From Pigmentiphaga sp. (GTDB lineage: Bacteria; Pseudomonadota; Gammaproteobacteria; Burkholderiales; Burkholderiaceae_B): a DNA stretch of 64,000 bases. Under the pieces are notes generated by a model. The model was not told the DNA's origin. It did no database searches and saw only the letters and a list, made by a program, of their open reading frames with translations. Shown here one piece after another: positions 21,337 to 32,938 of the stretch (the first letter of the stretch is position 1; every line of letters starts with the position of its first letter). The position numbers were made by a program, and so were the translations under genes. Location: the NCBI GenBank assembly GCA_040391825.1, contig JBEBXA010000002.1:5097-69096 (forward strand), given 5' to 3'.

Positions 21337-22086
21337 ATGGACAAAACCGTCTCTACCAAGATACTCGTCGTCGATGACGACCCCTCGCTGCGGCAACTGC
21401 TGGCAGATTATCTGAACCGCCAAGGCTACGACACCTTGCTGGCCGCCGACGCTACTGACCTGGAGGCCCGCATTACCCGCTATTCGCCGGCCTTGCTGGT
21501 GTTGGACCGCATGCTGCCGGGTGGAGACGGCGCCGATGCTTGTCGCCGTCTGCGCGAGCATGGCGAAGATTTGCCCATTATTCTTTTAACGGCCCGCGAC
21601 GAAACCGTTGACCGCATCATTGGCCTGGAGTCCGGCGCCGACGATTACCTAGGCAAACCCTTCGACCCGAGAGAGCTGCTCGCGCGCATCGAAGCCGTTC
21701 TGCGTCGTAAAAGCGGTCCTTCCGCCCTTATCAAGGATGCGCCGGTGTCATTCGGCCCATTCACCTTCGATCCTCAGACCCGTACCTTGCATAAAGGCAG
21801 TGAACCCGTCCGTTTGACCGGCGGCGAGTTCAACTTGCTGGAAGCCTTGTTGCGCAATGCAGGCAAGCCGCTATCGCGCGAAAGACTGCTGGCGCTAGCC
21901 CGCGACGATGAAGCCGGGGAGCGCAATGATCGCGCAATCGACATCGCCATTTTGCGGTTACGCCGCGCCCTGGAAGACGACCCCAAGCAACCCCGATGGA
22001 TACAGACGGTGTGGGGCATCGGCTACCGCTTTGCACCGCTAGGCAGCGCCGACGACGCAGTGCCGATCTCTCCGGCCTTGCCATGA
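21337..22086 (+). CDS. OmpR-family response regulator
   Basis: ILVVDDD, LVLDRMLPG, GADDYLGKPF, winged helix IQTVWGIGYRF. Confidence 0.95.
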   Translation: MDKTVSTKILVVDDDPSLRQLLADYLNRQGYDTLLAADATDLEARITRYSPALLVLDRMLPGGDGADACRRLREHGEDLPIILLTARDETVDRIIGLESGADDYLGKPFDPRELLARIEAVLRRKSGPSALIKDAPVSFGPFTFDPQTRTLHKGSEPVRLTGGEFNLLEALLRNAGKPLSRERLLALARDDEAGERNDRAIDIAILRLRRALEDDPKQPRWIQTVWGIGYRFAPLGSADDAVPISPALP

Positions 22087-23585
22087 ACCGGTCCAGCTTG
22101 CGCCGCCTGCTTTCGCAACTGGTGCCGAGCGCGCTGCGCACACGTTTGATATTACTCATCCTGGGGGCGGTCCTATTTGCCCAGGCCGCCACCTTTCTGG
22201 CTATTTCGCACTATCGCCGAAATTTCTTGGAAAACGTAACGCCCGACCTGATGGCCACAACCATCCGCACCCTGCGCGCGTCCATCGCCCAGATTGACGA
22301 AGCCGACCGTGCAGCGTTCGTCTCCAGTGCCTCCCAAGGCGAATGGCGTCTTGAACTGCGGCCGATACCCCCCCATCCGCGTCGCAAGCGCCCTCCTCTC
22401 AGCGCCCAAGGGCATGAACACCCGCCACCGCACTTTGCGCAATCCACTCCCGGCAGGCTGGACCCCGACAGCCCTCTTGCCGCGCCTGAGCGGCGCCCCC
22501 CGCCCAGGGAATCTTCGCGCTGGGCGGACGACGACCCTCGCAATGCCATGCGGGGGTTGATCCGCCGATTGAACATGCAGTTGGGTGATGGCACCCGGGT
22601 TGCCCTATCACGCGGCCCCGAACCCGCCCTTTATATATCGCTAAGCTCATCCATTCCCTATGACGCCGAATCCGCCACCCGAGCCTGGCTGGTCATCTCG
22701 CTGGAACGCATCAGCCCGCCAGTCAGAACGCCCTTGCTGGTGATCTGGCTGGGCGGCCTGGGCCTGATTCTGTTTCTGGCGGCCGGCTTTTCCTGGCACA
22801 TTTCGCGACCCATCACATCGCTGGCGCACGCGGCCGACCGCCTGGCCGCTGGCAAACCAGAACGTGTGCTGCCATCGGGCCCTCGCGAAACCCGTGTGCT
22901 AGGCGAGCGCTTCAACGCCATGCTGGATGCCCTGGACGAATCGGACAGCGTGCGTCGCACCTTGCTGGCGGGTCTGCCGCACGACCTTAAAGGGCCTTTG
23001 TCGCGCATGCGGCTACGCACCGAGATGGTCGACGACGCGGCGCTCAAAGAGGGGCTGCGCAAAGATGCTCAGGATATGCTGCACATCGTCGACCAATTCA
23101 TCAGCTTCGTACGTGGCAGCGACCCCGCCACCTACCACTTCACTCCCATAGACCTGAGCGTCTGGCTGCACGAACGCATTCATGCCTGGCAAGGCACGGG
23201 AAGCGACATCAACTATGCAGCCTCCTCTGAGCAGGAATTGCTCGTGGACGGTGATGCGGTGGCCCTGGCCCGCCTGGTGGACAACCTCATCCAGAACGCC
23301 ATGCAACACGGGGCCCCTCCCATTGACGTCACTCTGGAAAAACACGGCGCTTACGCCGTCATCGCGGTGCGCGACCACGGCCCGGGCATTTCCAGCGAAC
23401 GGCATGCGGAAGCCCTGCAACCCTTCTCGCGCCTGGACCCGGCTCGCAGCCGAACCGGCAATGTCGGATTGGGCCTGGCGCTGGTCGACACCATCGCCCG
23501 CGCCCACGCGGGACATATAGAGCTCCAGAGCCCCGAAGGTTCGGGCTTGCGCGTCGCGCTATCTTTGCCACTCAGAAGCGCTTAA
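22083..23585 (+). CDS. EnvZ-like sensor histidine kinase
   Basis: ATGA overlap with the regulator stop. Two TM segments, HAMP, H-box GLPHDLKGPLSRMRL, DHGPGI and GLGLA G-boxes. Confidence 0.93.
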   Translation: MNRSSLRRLLSQLVPSALRTRLILLILGAVLFAQAATFLAISHYRRNFLENVTPDLMATTIRTLRASIAQIDEADRAAFVSSASQGEWRLELRPIPPHPRRKRPPLSAQGHEHPPPHFAQSTPGRLDPDSPLAAPERRPPPRESSRWADDDPRNAMRGLIRRLNMQLGDGTRVALSRGPEPALYISLSSSIPYDAESATRAWLVISLERISPPVRTPLLVIWLGGLGLILFLAAGFSWHISRPITSLAHAADRLAAGKPERVLPSGPRETRVLGERFNAMLDALDESDSVRRTLLAGLPHDLKGPLSRMRLRTEMVDDAALKEGLRKDAQDMLHIVDQFISFVRGSDPATYHFTPIDLSVWLHERIHAWQGTGSDINYAASSEQELLVDGDAVALARLVDNLIQNAMQHGAPPIDVTLEKHGAYAVIAVRDHGPGISSERHAEALQPFSRLDPARSRTGNVGLGLALVDTIARAHAGHIELQSPEGSGLRVALSLPLRSA

Positions 23586-23706
23586 CACAGGCCCACATAG
23601 GGCCTGGCAAGGCCCTCGATTTGACCTATACGCCACGCTAACGAGGGTTTCCCCTCGATTCATGGCAAAATCGACCTAGGGACAAGCACGTCCAATCAAG
23701 CAGACA

Positions 23707-25473
<1,767 letters not shown>

Positions 25474-25491
25474 GCGTCAATATCCTTGCCA

Positions 25492-25525
25492 CCCCCTCGT
25501 CGGCCGGCCGCCAGGCACGAGGGGG
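25492..25525 (+). terminator. Hairpin after glnS
   Basis: CCCCCTCGT...ACGAGGGGG inverted repeat; no clear U-tract. Confidence 0.4.
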
Positions 25526-25604
25526 ACACAACCGCTAACCCATATAGTCGCGCGTACCGGTAGAATCCGTACTTTGCGCAATTGCGTCATCATCGGCGCC
25601 CCTT

Positions 25605-26378
25605 ATGGAAGCCAGTACCATTCTCGATTTCAAAAGCACCACGCTCTACGCGATCCGCGTGGTGTTGCACACTGCCGATATGCCAGCGATCCTGGACGCT
25701 CTCGAACAGCGTATGGACGACGCCGCCGGTTTCTTCGAAGATGAACCCGTCGTTATCGACGCCTCGCGCCTGTCTGATCCGCTGGACTGGGGGCAACTGG
25801 TCGACGCCTTGAAACGGCACGGTTTGCCGACCATTGGCGTCATGGCGCCGGAAGCGCTGCTGGAATCAGCCCGCCTGGCGGGCCTGGCACAAGTGTCCCT
25901 GCCTGCCATGCCGGTCAAATCAGCAACGGAAGAAAGCCCCTCTACGGAAACGGCTTCGCGTACACCCGCCCCCGCGGCCCCCGAACCGGCTGCCGCCGAA
26001 GTGGTGCTGGAACCCGCTATTTCCACCCAGGCTCCCGGCGCCACGGCAACGCTGCTAATCGAAAAGCCGCTGCGCTCGGGCCAGAAAGTCTATGCTCGCA
26101 ATTCGGACCTGATCGTCATGGGCGTGGTCAGCCACGGCGCGGAAGTCATCGCCGACGGCAACATCCACGTTTACGGACCGCTGCGGGGCAAGGCCATGGC
26201 CGGGGCGCGCGGCGACACCGCGGCCCGCATTTACACTACCCAGTTCCAGGCTGAACTCGTGGCCGTCGCAGGCGTCTACCGCGCCATGACGGCCATGCTT
26301 TCCGCCGACATCCAAGACAAACCGGCTCTGATCCGCCTTGATGGCGAGAAACTGCTGGTCGAATCGCTAGCGATCTAA
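25605..26378 (+). CDS. minC: Septum site-determining protein MinC
   Basis: PLRSGQKVYA, GAEVIADGNIHVYGPLRGKAMAGA. Confidence 0.95.
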   Translation: MEASTILDFKSTTLYAIRVVLHTADMPAILDALEQRMDDAAGFFEDEPVVIDASRLSDPLDWGQLVDALKRHGLPTIGVMAPEALLESARLAGLAQVSLPAMPVKSATEESPSTETASRTPAPAAPEPAAAEVVLEPAISTQAPGATATLLIEKPLRSGQKVYARNSDLIVMGVVSHGAEVIADGNIHVYGPLRGKAMAGARGDTAARIYTTQFQAELVAVAGVYRAMTAMLSADIQDKPALIRLDGEKLLVESLAI

Positions 26379-26398
26379 CTCATAAGGACCATCCCTCC

Positions 26399-27214
26399 AT
26401 GGCACGTATTGTCGTCGTGACTTCAGGCAAAGGCGGCGTCGGGAAAACCACGACGAGCGCCAGTTTTTCTTCGGGATTGGCGATGCGCGGTCACAAGACC
26501 GCGGTCATCGACTTCGACGTAGGATTGCGCAACCTCGACCTCATCATGGGTTGCGAACGGCGCGTGGTCTATGACTTGATCAATGTCGTTCAGGGTGAAG
26601 CCACGCTTAATCAGGCTTTGATCCGCGACAAGCAGCTCGACAACCTGTATATCCTGCCCGCCTCGCAAACGCGCGATAAAGATGCCCTTACCCGCGACGG
26701 CGTGCAGCGCGTCATCGACGGCCTGCGCGAGATGGACTTCGAATATATCGTATGCGATTCGCCTGCCGGCATCGAAGCAGGCGCCCTGATGGCAGCCTAC
26801 TTTGCCGATGATGCGCTGATCGTCACCAATCCGGAAGTATCCTCGGTACGCGACTCCGACCGCATTCTGGGCATTCTGTCGGCCAAATCGCGCCGCGCCG
26901 AAGAAAGCGAAGCCCCGGTCAAGGAATTCTTGCTGCTGACCCGCTATAACGCCAAGCGGGTGGCCGACGGCGAAATGCTCTCCCTCAAGGACGTCGAAGA
27001 CATCCTGCGCATCAAGCTGATCGGTGTCATTCCCGAATCGGAAAACGTACTGCATGCGTCCAACCAGGGCTTGCCGACCATCCATCTGAAGGGCACTGAA
27101 GTTGCCGAAGCCTATCAAGACGTGGTGGACCGCTACCTGGGCGAAGACAAACCGCTGCGCTTCGTCGACTATGAAAAACCAGGGCTCTTCAAGCGCCTGT
27201 TCGGAGGAAAATAA
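26399..27214 (+). CDS. minD: Septum site-determining ATPase MinD
   Basis: TSGKGGVGKTT, DFDVGLRNLDL, DSPAGIE, C-terminal amphipathic GLFKRLFGG. Confidence 0.98.
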   Translation: MARIVVVTSGKGGVGKTTTSASFSSGLAMRGHKTAVIDFDVGLRNLDLIMGCERRVVYDLINVVQGEATLNQALIRDKQLDNLYILPASQTRDKDALTRDGVQRVIDGLREMDFEYIVCDSPAGIEAGALMAAYFADDALIVTNPEVSSVRDSDRILGILSAKSRRAEESEAPVKEFLLLTRYNAKRVADGEMLSLKDVEDILRIKLIGVIPESENVLHASNQGLPTIHLKGTEVAEAYQDVVDRYLGEDKPLRFVDYEKPGLFKRLFGGK

Positions 27215-27217
27215 CAG

Positions 27218-27481
27218 ATGTCCTTCCTCTCTTTTTTCCTCGGACAGAAGAAACCCCCTTCAGCCGGCGTCGCCAGAGAACGACTGCAGATCATTCTTGC
27301 GCACGAACGTATGGACCGGGGGGCAGCGACGTCCGACTACCTGCCTCAACTTCAACAGGAACTGATTGCGGTCATTTCCAAGTACGTCAACATCAATCCC
27401 GATGACATCAAGGTCCACCTTGAACGCCAGGACACCTACGAGGTCCTGGAAGTCAAGATAGAAATGCCTTCGCCCAACTAG
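27218..27481 (+). CDS. minE: Cell division topological specificity factor MinE
   Basis: [30 protein letters not shown]. Confidence 0.96.
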   Translation: MSFLSFFLGQKKPPSAGVARERLQIILAHERMDRGAATSDYLPQLQQELIAVISKYVNINPDDIKVHLERQDTYEVLEVKIEMPSPN

Positions 27482-27800
27482 GCTTAGGCCTGTACTGGTT
27501 TTCGTCCCGAGGCGAATTCGTCGGCATGCTCCCCCTTGCTGGCCGGCAGCCACACAGCACACCGGTGCTCGACCCCGAGCCCACCAACAGCAAGCACGCC
27601 CAGGCGGCAAAACGCCGCCTGGCATCCGCATAGCACCCTGCCGTAGCAGGCTATTACGCTATCCCGCCTTCCCGAGAGCATTGCACCTGAACGGAACCCA
27701 GCAGGAACGCTGGATTCCGGGCTGCCGCATTGGCGCCAAAGAGCTCCCCCGCTAGCCGCACCCGTTCTGAAAAGACGGTTTTTTTCACGGAATGGTCAAC

Positions 27801-27849
27801 TTGACGGCCCTCCTTCCAAGTTTTAATATTGAACACGTTCAAAATTAAA
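27801..27849 (+). promoter_or_regulatory. Sigma70-type promoter with an overlapping 28-bp palindromic operator
   Basis: TTGACG (27801-27806), 17 bp, TAATAT (27824-27829). Palindrome TTTAATATTGAAC-AC-GTTCAAAATTAAA at 27822-27849 pairs at 12 of 13 positions. Confidence 0.75.
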
Positions 27850-27902
27850 TGCGCATCAAATCAGCACTTGCGCTATGTCACGCCGAATAAATAGAGGAAA
27901 TC

Positions 27903-28775
27903 ATGAGGATTTGCCGTTTCAATGAAGGCCGTCTGGGCCTGGTAGAAGGCGACACCGTATACGACGTATCCGCCGTAATAGCCAAGCTGCCCAAACTGCA
28001 ATGGCCTGTCGCCCCTGGCGACCAGCTTATCGAACACCTGGAAGAGCTCAAACCCGCCTTGGCCGCAGCCAAAGCCGGCGCCGCCACTTTTGCGCTTAAA
28101 GACGTCAAGCTGCTCAGCCCGGTCGCCAATGCCGCCAAAGTCATCGCCGCTCCGCTGAACTACCATGCTCACGTGGACGAGTCCTTGGCCGACTCGCAAA
28201 TTCACAACAATGTCCACGTGGCTACCTATGATGGCTTCAAGAGCCCGGTCGCCAAGTTCGGGGTTTTCCTGAAATCCGCACAGTCGGTAGTGGGCGCAGG
28301 CGAAGGCGTCAAAATCGCTTTCCCCGGACGCCGCAACGACCACGAAGTCGAGCTTGCCGTCATCATCGGCAAACAAGGCAAGGACATTAAAGCAGCCGAC
28401 GCTTTCTCTTATATCGCTGGCTACAGCATCGGCCTGGACATGACCGTGCGCGGCACCGAAGACCGCAGCTATCGCAAATCGGCTGATACCTACTCGGTAT
28501 TGGGCCCTTATCTGGTCACCGCCGACGAAATCGCCGATCCCGGCAAGCTCGACTTCTCGATTTACGTGAACGAAGAGTTGCGCCAGAAGGCCAATACCCG
28601 TGACCTGATCACCGGCATTGCCGAACTGATCGAAATCTCGTCGCACGTCTACACCCTGTATCCCGGCGATATCATCATGACCGGTACGCCTGAAGGCGTT
28701 GCTTCGATTCAGCCCGGTGACGTCATGCACGCACACATCGATCAGATCGGATCGATGCAGGTCGCCATTCGCTAA
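27903..28775 (+). CDS. Fumarylacetoacetate hydrolase family protein
   Basis: DHEVELAVIIGK, YSIGLDMTVR, RKSADT, LYPGDIIMTGTPEGV. Confidence 0.92.
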   Translation: MRICRFNEGRLGLVEGDTVYDVSAVIAKLPKLQWPVAPGDQLIEHLEELKPALAAAKAGAATFALKDVKLLSPVANAAKVIAAPLNYHAHVDESLADSQIHNNVHVATYDGFKSPVAKFGVFLKSAQSVVGAGEGVKIAFPGRRNDHEVELAVIIGKQGKDIKAADAFSYIAGYSIGLDMTVRGTEDRSYRKSADTYSVLGPYLVTADEIADPGKLDFSIYVNEELRQKANTRDLITGIAELIEISSHVYTLYPGDIIMTGTPEGVASIQPGDVMHAHIDQIGSMQVAIR

Positions 28776-28835
28776 CGCCCGCTGCGGCCGCTCAGGCGGC
28801 CACAGCCTTTCCCGACCGCGGGCAGAGGAGAGACA

Positions 28836-29915
28836 ATGAATACGCGCACACTACAGAGTCCGGATGCCACCACGCTCGACATTCGCGCCGAGCGCGAAGC
28901 CTTCTATGCCCGCATCGGCGCCGACAATCTGGCCCCCCTGTGGGAACAGTTGCACAATCTGGTCACCAAGACACCGCGTTCCGATTGCCAGGCCGCGCAC
29001 TGGTCCTACAAGAAGGTACGTCCCTACCTGACCGAGGCCACCGAACTGATCACCGCCGAGGAAGCCGAGCGCCGCGTGCTCATCCTCGAAAACCCCGGGC
29101 TACGCGGCAAAGCCGCCATCACGACTTCGCTCTACGCAGGCCTGCAAGCGATTCTGCCGGGCGAAGTCGCCCGCGCACATCGCCACAGCCAAGCAGCACT
29201 GCGCTTGATCCTGGAAGGCGACGGCGCCTATACCTCGGTCAATGGCGAAAAAACCATCATGCGTCGGGGCGACTTCGTCACCACCCCTTCCTGGACCTGG
29301 CACGATCACGGCAACGATACCGACACTCCGATGATCTGGCTGGACGGCCTGGACGTGCAATTGGTGGCCCTGCTGGATGCAAGCTTTGCCGAATCGTCTA
29401 CGGATGACCGCCAAACCCTGAAGCGCCCGGTGCGCGACAGCATTCTGCGCTATGGCAACGGACTGGCCCCGGTCGACTGGACACCCACGCCCAACAAGGC
29501 ATCGCCCTTGTTCTGCTATCCCTACGAGCGCACCTGCGAATCCCTGCATGGCATGAAAGCCGCCGGCGAACCCGATCCGCATCACGGCTACAAGCTGCGC
29601 TACATCAACCCACTTACGGGCGGTGCTCCCATGCCTACCATGGGAACTTACGCGCAACTGCTGCCCAAGGGCTTCCAAGGTTCGCCCTATCGCTGCTCGG
29701 CAGGCACGGTTTTCGCCGTGCTCGAGGGCCGTGTCGAGGTCACCTTGTCTGACCGTACTTTCATTGCCGAACCCAACGATGTTTTCGTCATACCCAGCTG
29801 GGCTGCCCACAGCCTGCGCACAGGCGAAGACAGCGTGTTGTTCAGTTTCTCTGACCGGCCCGTCCAGGAAGCCCTGGCGCTGTGGCGCGAAGACCTCGGC
29901 AGCATTGGCGCTTAA
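28836..29915 (+). CDS. gtdA: Gentisate 1,2-dioxygenase (bicupin)
   Basis: AERRVLILENPG, AHRHSQAALR, TPSWTWHDHGN, WLDGLD, YINPLTGG. Confidence 0.9.
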   Translation: MNTRTLQSPDATTLDIRAEREAFYARIGADNLAPLWEQLHNLVTKTPRSDCQAAHWSYKKVRPYLTEATELITAEEAERRVLILENPGLRGKAAITTSLYAGLQAILPGEVARAHRHSQAALRLILEGDGAYTSVNGEKTIMRRGDFVTTPSWTWHDHGNDTDTPMIWLDGLDVQLVALLDASFAESSTDDRQTLKRPVRDSILRYGNGLAPVDWTPTPNKASPLFCYPYERTCESLHGMKAAGEPDPHHGYKLRYINPLTGGAPMPTMGTYAQLLPKGFQGSPYRCSAGTVFAVLEGRVEVTLSDRTFIAEPNDVFVIPSWAAHSLRTGEDSVLFSFSDRPVQEALALWREDLGSIGA

Positions 29916-29962
29916 GGCGTCACTGTCCCACTCAAGCATTCACCGCATCACCGAATCGAATC

Positions 29963-31168
29963 ATGGAACATCATCCCGTCGTTATCTCCGGCGCAGGGCC
30001 AGTCGGCCTTGTAGCTGCGCTATCCTTGGCACAAAAGGGTGTCAACGTAGTCATCATCGAAACCGAATCGCATGTCCCCCAAGACCTGCGCGCCGGCACC
30101 TTCCACCCGCCTACCGTTGAAATGTTCGACACGCTGGGCATCGGCGACACCATGCGCGGCATGGGCATACCCGTGCCCGAATGGCAGATCCGCGATCGCC
30201 GCACCGGCCTGGTTGCCCAGTTCGACCTGGGGCTGATCTCTGACCTGACCCCCTACCCCTACCGCTTGCACGTCGAACAGCACAAGCTGTCCAGCTACGT
30301 GGGTGAACTGCTCAAGGGCTACCCCAACGTCAAAATCCTGTTCTCGCACGAATGCACGGGCTACGAGCAAGATGCCGACGGCGTCACGGTTTCCTATACC
30401 GGCGCGACCGGCAAGGGCGAGATCCGCGCCAGCTACCTGATCGGCGCAGACGGCGCGCGCAGCATCGTGCGCAAAACCATGGGCACCGAATTCGAAGGGT
30501 TCACCTGGCCCGAACGCTTCCTGGTTTTCGCCACCCGCTATGACCTGCGCGAGCAAGGCTACACCGGCAATGCCTATATTGCCGACCCGGACGAATGGAG
30601 CGCCATTTTCATCCAGCCCCATGACGGTCCTCCCGCCATCTGGCGCATTGCGTTCCCGATCACGCCAGACATGGAAGAAACCGACGTGCTCGCACCAGAG
30701 TTCGTGCAGAGCAAGATCAAGGGCTTCCTGTCCCCCGATCTCGACTACGACATCCCGTACAAGAGCGTATACCGCGTCCATCAACGAGTCGCCCACGACT
30801 TCCGCGATCGCCGGGTATTCGTCGCCGGCGATGCGGCCCACGTCAACAACCCCTTGGGCGGCATGGGCTTGAACAGCGGTATCCATGACGCCATGAACCT
30901 GACCGAAAAATTGGCCGAGGTCATCCTGAATGGCGCAAACGACCAATTGCTCGATCGCTATCATCGTCAGCGTCGCACCGTAAACGTGGAATACGTCCAG
31001 GCGATAACGATCCGCAATAAACGCTTGTTGGAAGAACGCGACCCCGAAATACGCCAGCAAAGACTGGACGAAATGCGGGCAACCGTGGCCAACCGCGACC
31101 TTCATCGCGAATATCTCATCAACTCGTCGATGATAGCCAGCGTGCGCCGCGCCAATGAAATCGCCTAA
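29963..31168 (+). CDS. FAD-dependent aromatic hydroxylase (PheA/TfdB/MhpA-like)
   Basis: GAGPVG, GADGARSIVR, GDAAHVNNPLGGMGLNSGIHDA. Start moved to ATG 29963. Confidence 0.88.
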   Translation: MEHHPVVISGAGPVGLVAALSLAQKGVNVVIIETESHVPQDLRAGTFHPPTVEMFDTLGIGDTMRGMGIPVPEWQIRDRRTGLVAQFDLGLISDLTPYPYRLHVEQHKLSSYVGELLKGYPNVKILFSHECTGYEQDADGVTVSYTGATGKGEIRASYLIGADGARSIVRKTMGTEFEGFTWPERFLVFATRYDLREQGYTGNAYIADPDEWSAIFIQPHDGPPAIWRIAFPITPDMEETDVLAPEFVQSKIKGFLSPDLDYDIPYKSVYRVHQRVAHDFRDRRVFVAGDAAHVNNPLGGMGLNSGIHDAMNLTEKLAEVILNGANDQLLDRYHRQRRTVNVEYVQAITIRNKRLLEERDPEIRQQRLDEMRATVANRDLHREYLINSSMIASVRRANEIA

Positions 31169-31203
31169 GATCAAGGCCCGGCCGGGGTGGCCAGCCACCC
31201 GCT

Positions 31204-32235
31204 TTGCTTCACATTAAGCCCCTCAGGAGACAACTCATGCAAGATTTCGGACCCACACTAGGCCGGCGAGAGTTCATCGCCACCGTCATCGCAGGCAGCC
31301 TGGCGTCCACTCGCGCCTTTGCCGCCAACGACTCGTTTGGCCTGGCCGACAAACCGGTACAGATCATCGTGCCGTTTACCCCCGGCACCACTCCTGACCT
31401 GTGCGCGCGTCTCTTTTCCCCCAAGCTGGCCAGCCATACCGGCCGCACATTCGTAGTGGAAAATCGTGCCGGCGCCTCCGGCATCATTGGCCTGGGGGCC
31501 GTCGCCAAAGCCGCTCCCGATGGGCACACCATCGCTTTCAGCACCAACACTGCCCTGACCTTGCCCATGGTCTACTCATCGGTGCCGTTCGATGTGCTGG
31601 ACAGCTTTTCGCCCATCGCCATGCTTGGCTCGATCAACTTTGCCTTGTGCGTGCACCCATCTCTGGGCGTCAACACGTTCAAGGAATTCATCGACTACGC
31701 CAAGCGCAATCCCGGCAAGGTCAACTACGGTTCACCCGGCAAAGGCACCTTCCATCACCTCTGCATGGAAATGTTGATCGCTCCGCTGGGCCTGGACTTG
31801 GTGCACGTGCCTTACAAGGGTTCGGCCGGCGCCACCACCGATCTGCTGGCTGGCCACATCAAAGCCATGTTCCAGCCTATGCACGTAGCCGTACCGTTCC
31901 AGAAGGACAAGCGCACGATCATTCTGGGTGCTTCGCGCAAAGCGCAGGACCCCTCGCATCCATCCATCCCGCCTCTGGCCACTGTCGGCCTCCCCAACTA
32001 CGATGCGGATGCGTGGTACTCGGTAATCGGTCCTCGTGGCATGCGACCGGAACTCGTCCAGTCCTACAACACCGAGATCAACCGCCTGCTGAACACCGAC
32101 GAAGTGCGCACTACCCTGCTCAAGCAAGGCTTGACTACGGATCCGATGTCACCCGCCGATTTGGCGAAGCGGTCCAAGGAAGAGTTCGCCAAGTGGCAGA
32201 AGGTCGTGAAAGACGCCCATATCACCCCTGAATAA
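31204..32235 (+). CDS. Bug/TctC substrate-binding protein
   Basis: GRREFI leader, PFTPGTTPD, VENRAGASG, HVPYKGS. The true start may be ATG 31237. Confidence 0.92.
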   Translation: MLHIKPLRRQLMQDFGPTLGRREFIATVIAGSLASTRAFAANDSFGLADKPVQIIVPFTPGTTPDLCARLFSPKLASHTGRTFVVENRAGASGIIGLGAVAKAAPDGHTIAFSTNTALTLPMVYSSVPFDVLDSFSPIAMLGSINFALCVHPSLGVNTFKEFIDYAKRNPGKVNYGSPGKGTFHHLCMEMLIAPLGLDLVHVPYKGSAGATTDLLAGHIKAMFQPMHVAVPFQKDKRTIILGASRKAQDPSHPSIPPLATVGLPNYDADAWYSVIGPRGMRPELVQSYNTEINRLLNTDEVRTTLLKQGLTTDPMSPADLAKRSKEEFAKWQKVVKDAHITPE

Positions 32236-32385
32236 ACCTCGGATAGCTCCAGACACCAGGCATCTCTTGCAGCCCGGCACCCAGCATCTCGCGTGTAGTC
32301 GCCGGTAACATAGGCGTTGCGTTTGCAAGACGGTCTGGAGTGCGCTCGGGCCAGATCCGCGGGCTTGCCTGGCGGCCAGGCGTGA

Positions 32386-32430
32386 AACAAGAAGCCCCCT
32401 GTTCTTATTAGGAACAGGGGGCTTCTTGTT
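32386..32430. terminator. Bidirectional rho-independent terminator
   Basis: Perfect 19-bp stem AACAAGAAGCCCCCTGTTC / GAACAGGGGGCTTCTTGTT between convergent genes. Confidence 0.85.
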
Positions 32431-32486
32431 AGGAAAACTGGCTCAAGCGCCAGTCGGCTTTATCCGCTAGGCGGCTTCAAGCCATA

Positions 32487-32714
32487 TCAGCGATTCTTGC
32501 CGACCTGGTCGCCAATGACACCGCCGATGGCGGCTCCGCCAACGGTACCCAGCACACCGCCACCCGTTACCGCTGCACCCGCTACACCACCCAAGCCTGC
32601 GCCGACGGCAGTACTTTTCTGCCGACCCGACATGCCATCCCAGGTGGAACATGCCGCTGCGGACACGGCCAGTGTTGCGCCAATAACAATCTTCGCAAGC
32701 AAATTCGTCTTCAT
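32487..32714 (-). CDS. Glycine-zipper lipoprotein (OsmB-like)
   Basis: ATG 32714 after GGAG; lipobox AAAC; GAGLGGVAGAAVTGGGVLGTVGGAAIGGVIG. Confidence 0.88.
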   Translation of the reverse strand: MKTNLLAKIVIGATLAVSAAACSTWDGMSGRQKSTAVGAGLGGVAGAAVTGGGVLGTVGGAAIGGVIGDQVGKNR

Positions 32715-32938
32715 GATGATGGGCTCCTTGTGTTGCCTGTAATTTAATTCTTTGCTACTGCAGGTCTGAGTGACAACGACCCAGCGCATACTGTGACAGT
32801 GCCAGATTCATCGCACGCTGTCTGTGAGCGATCTAGACAAGCATTACACAACGTAACCTCAACAGCCACGCCACTTTCAGATCGAAAGTCCGGCCAATTG
32901 AGCTTATGCTTAAGTTATCTGCCAACTAGGAGGACACT

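Noticed and set aside
27484-27780. 65-aa minus ORF or riboswitch after minE
   Set aside because: No domain or RBS support, and no match to TPP, glycine, cobalamin or c-di-GMP consensus by eye. Only a GC hairpin (about 27600-27622) that may be a weak terminator.
30020-31198. 392-aa minus-strand ORF (similar cases at 24304..25200, 27873..28736, 29100..29939, 14409..15446)
   Set aside because: Antisense to well-supported genes, with the typical reverse-frame composition.
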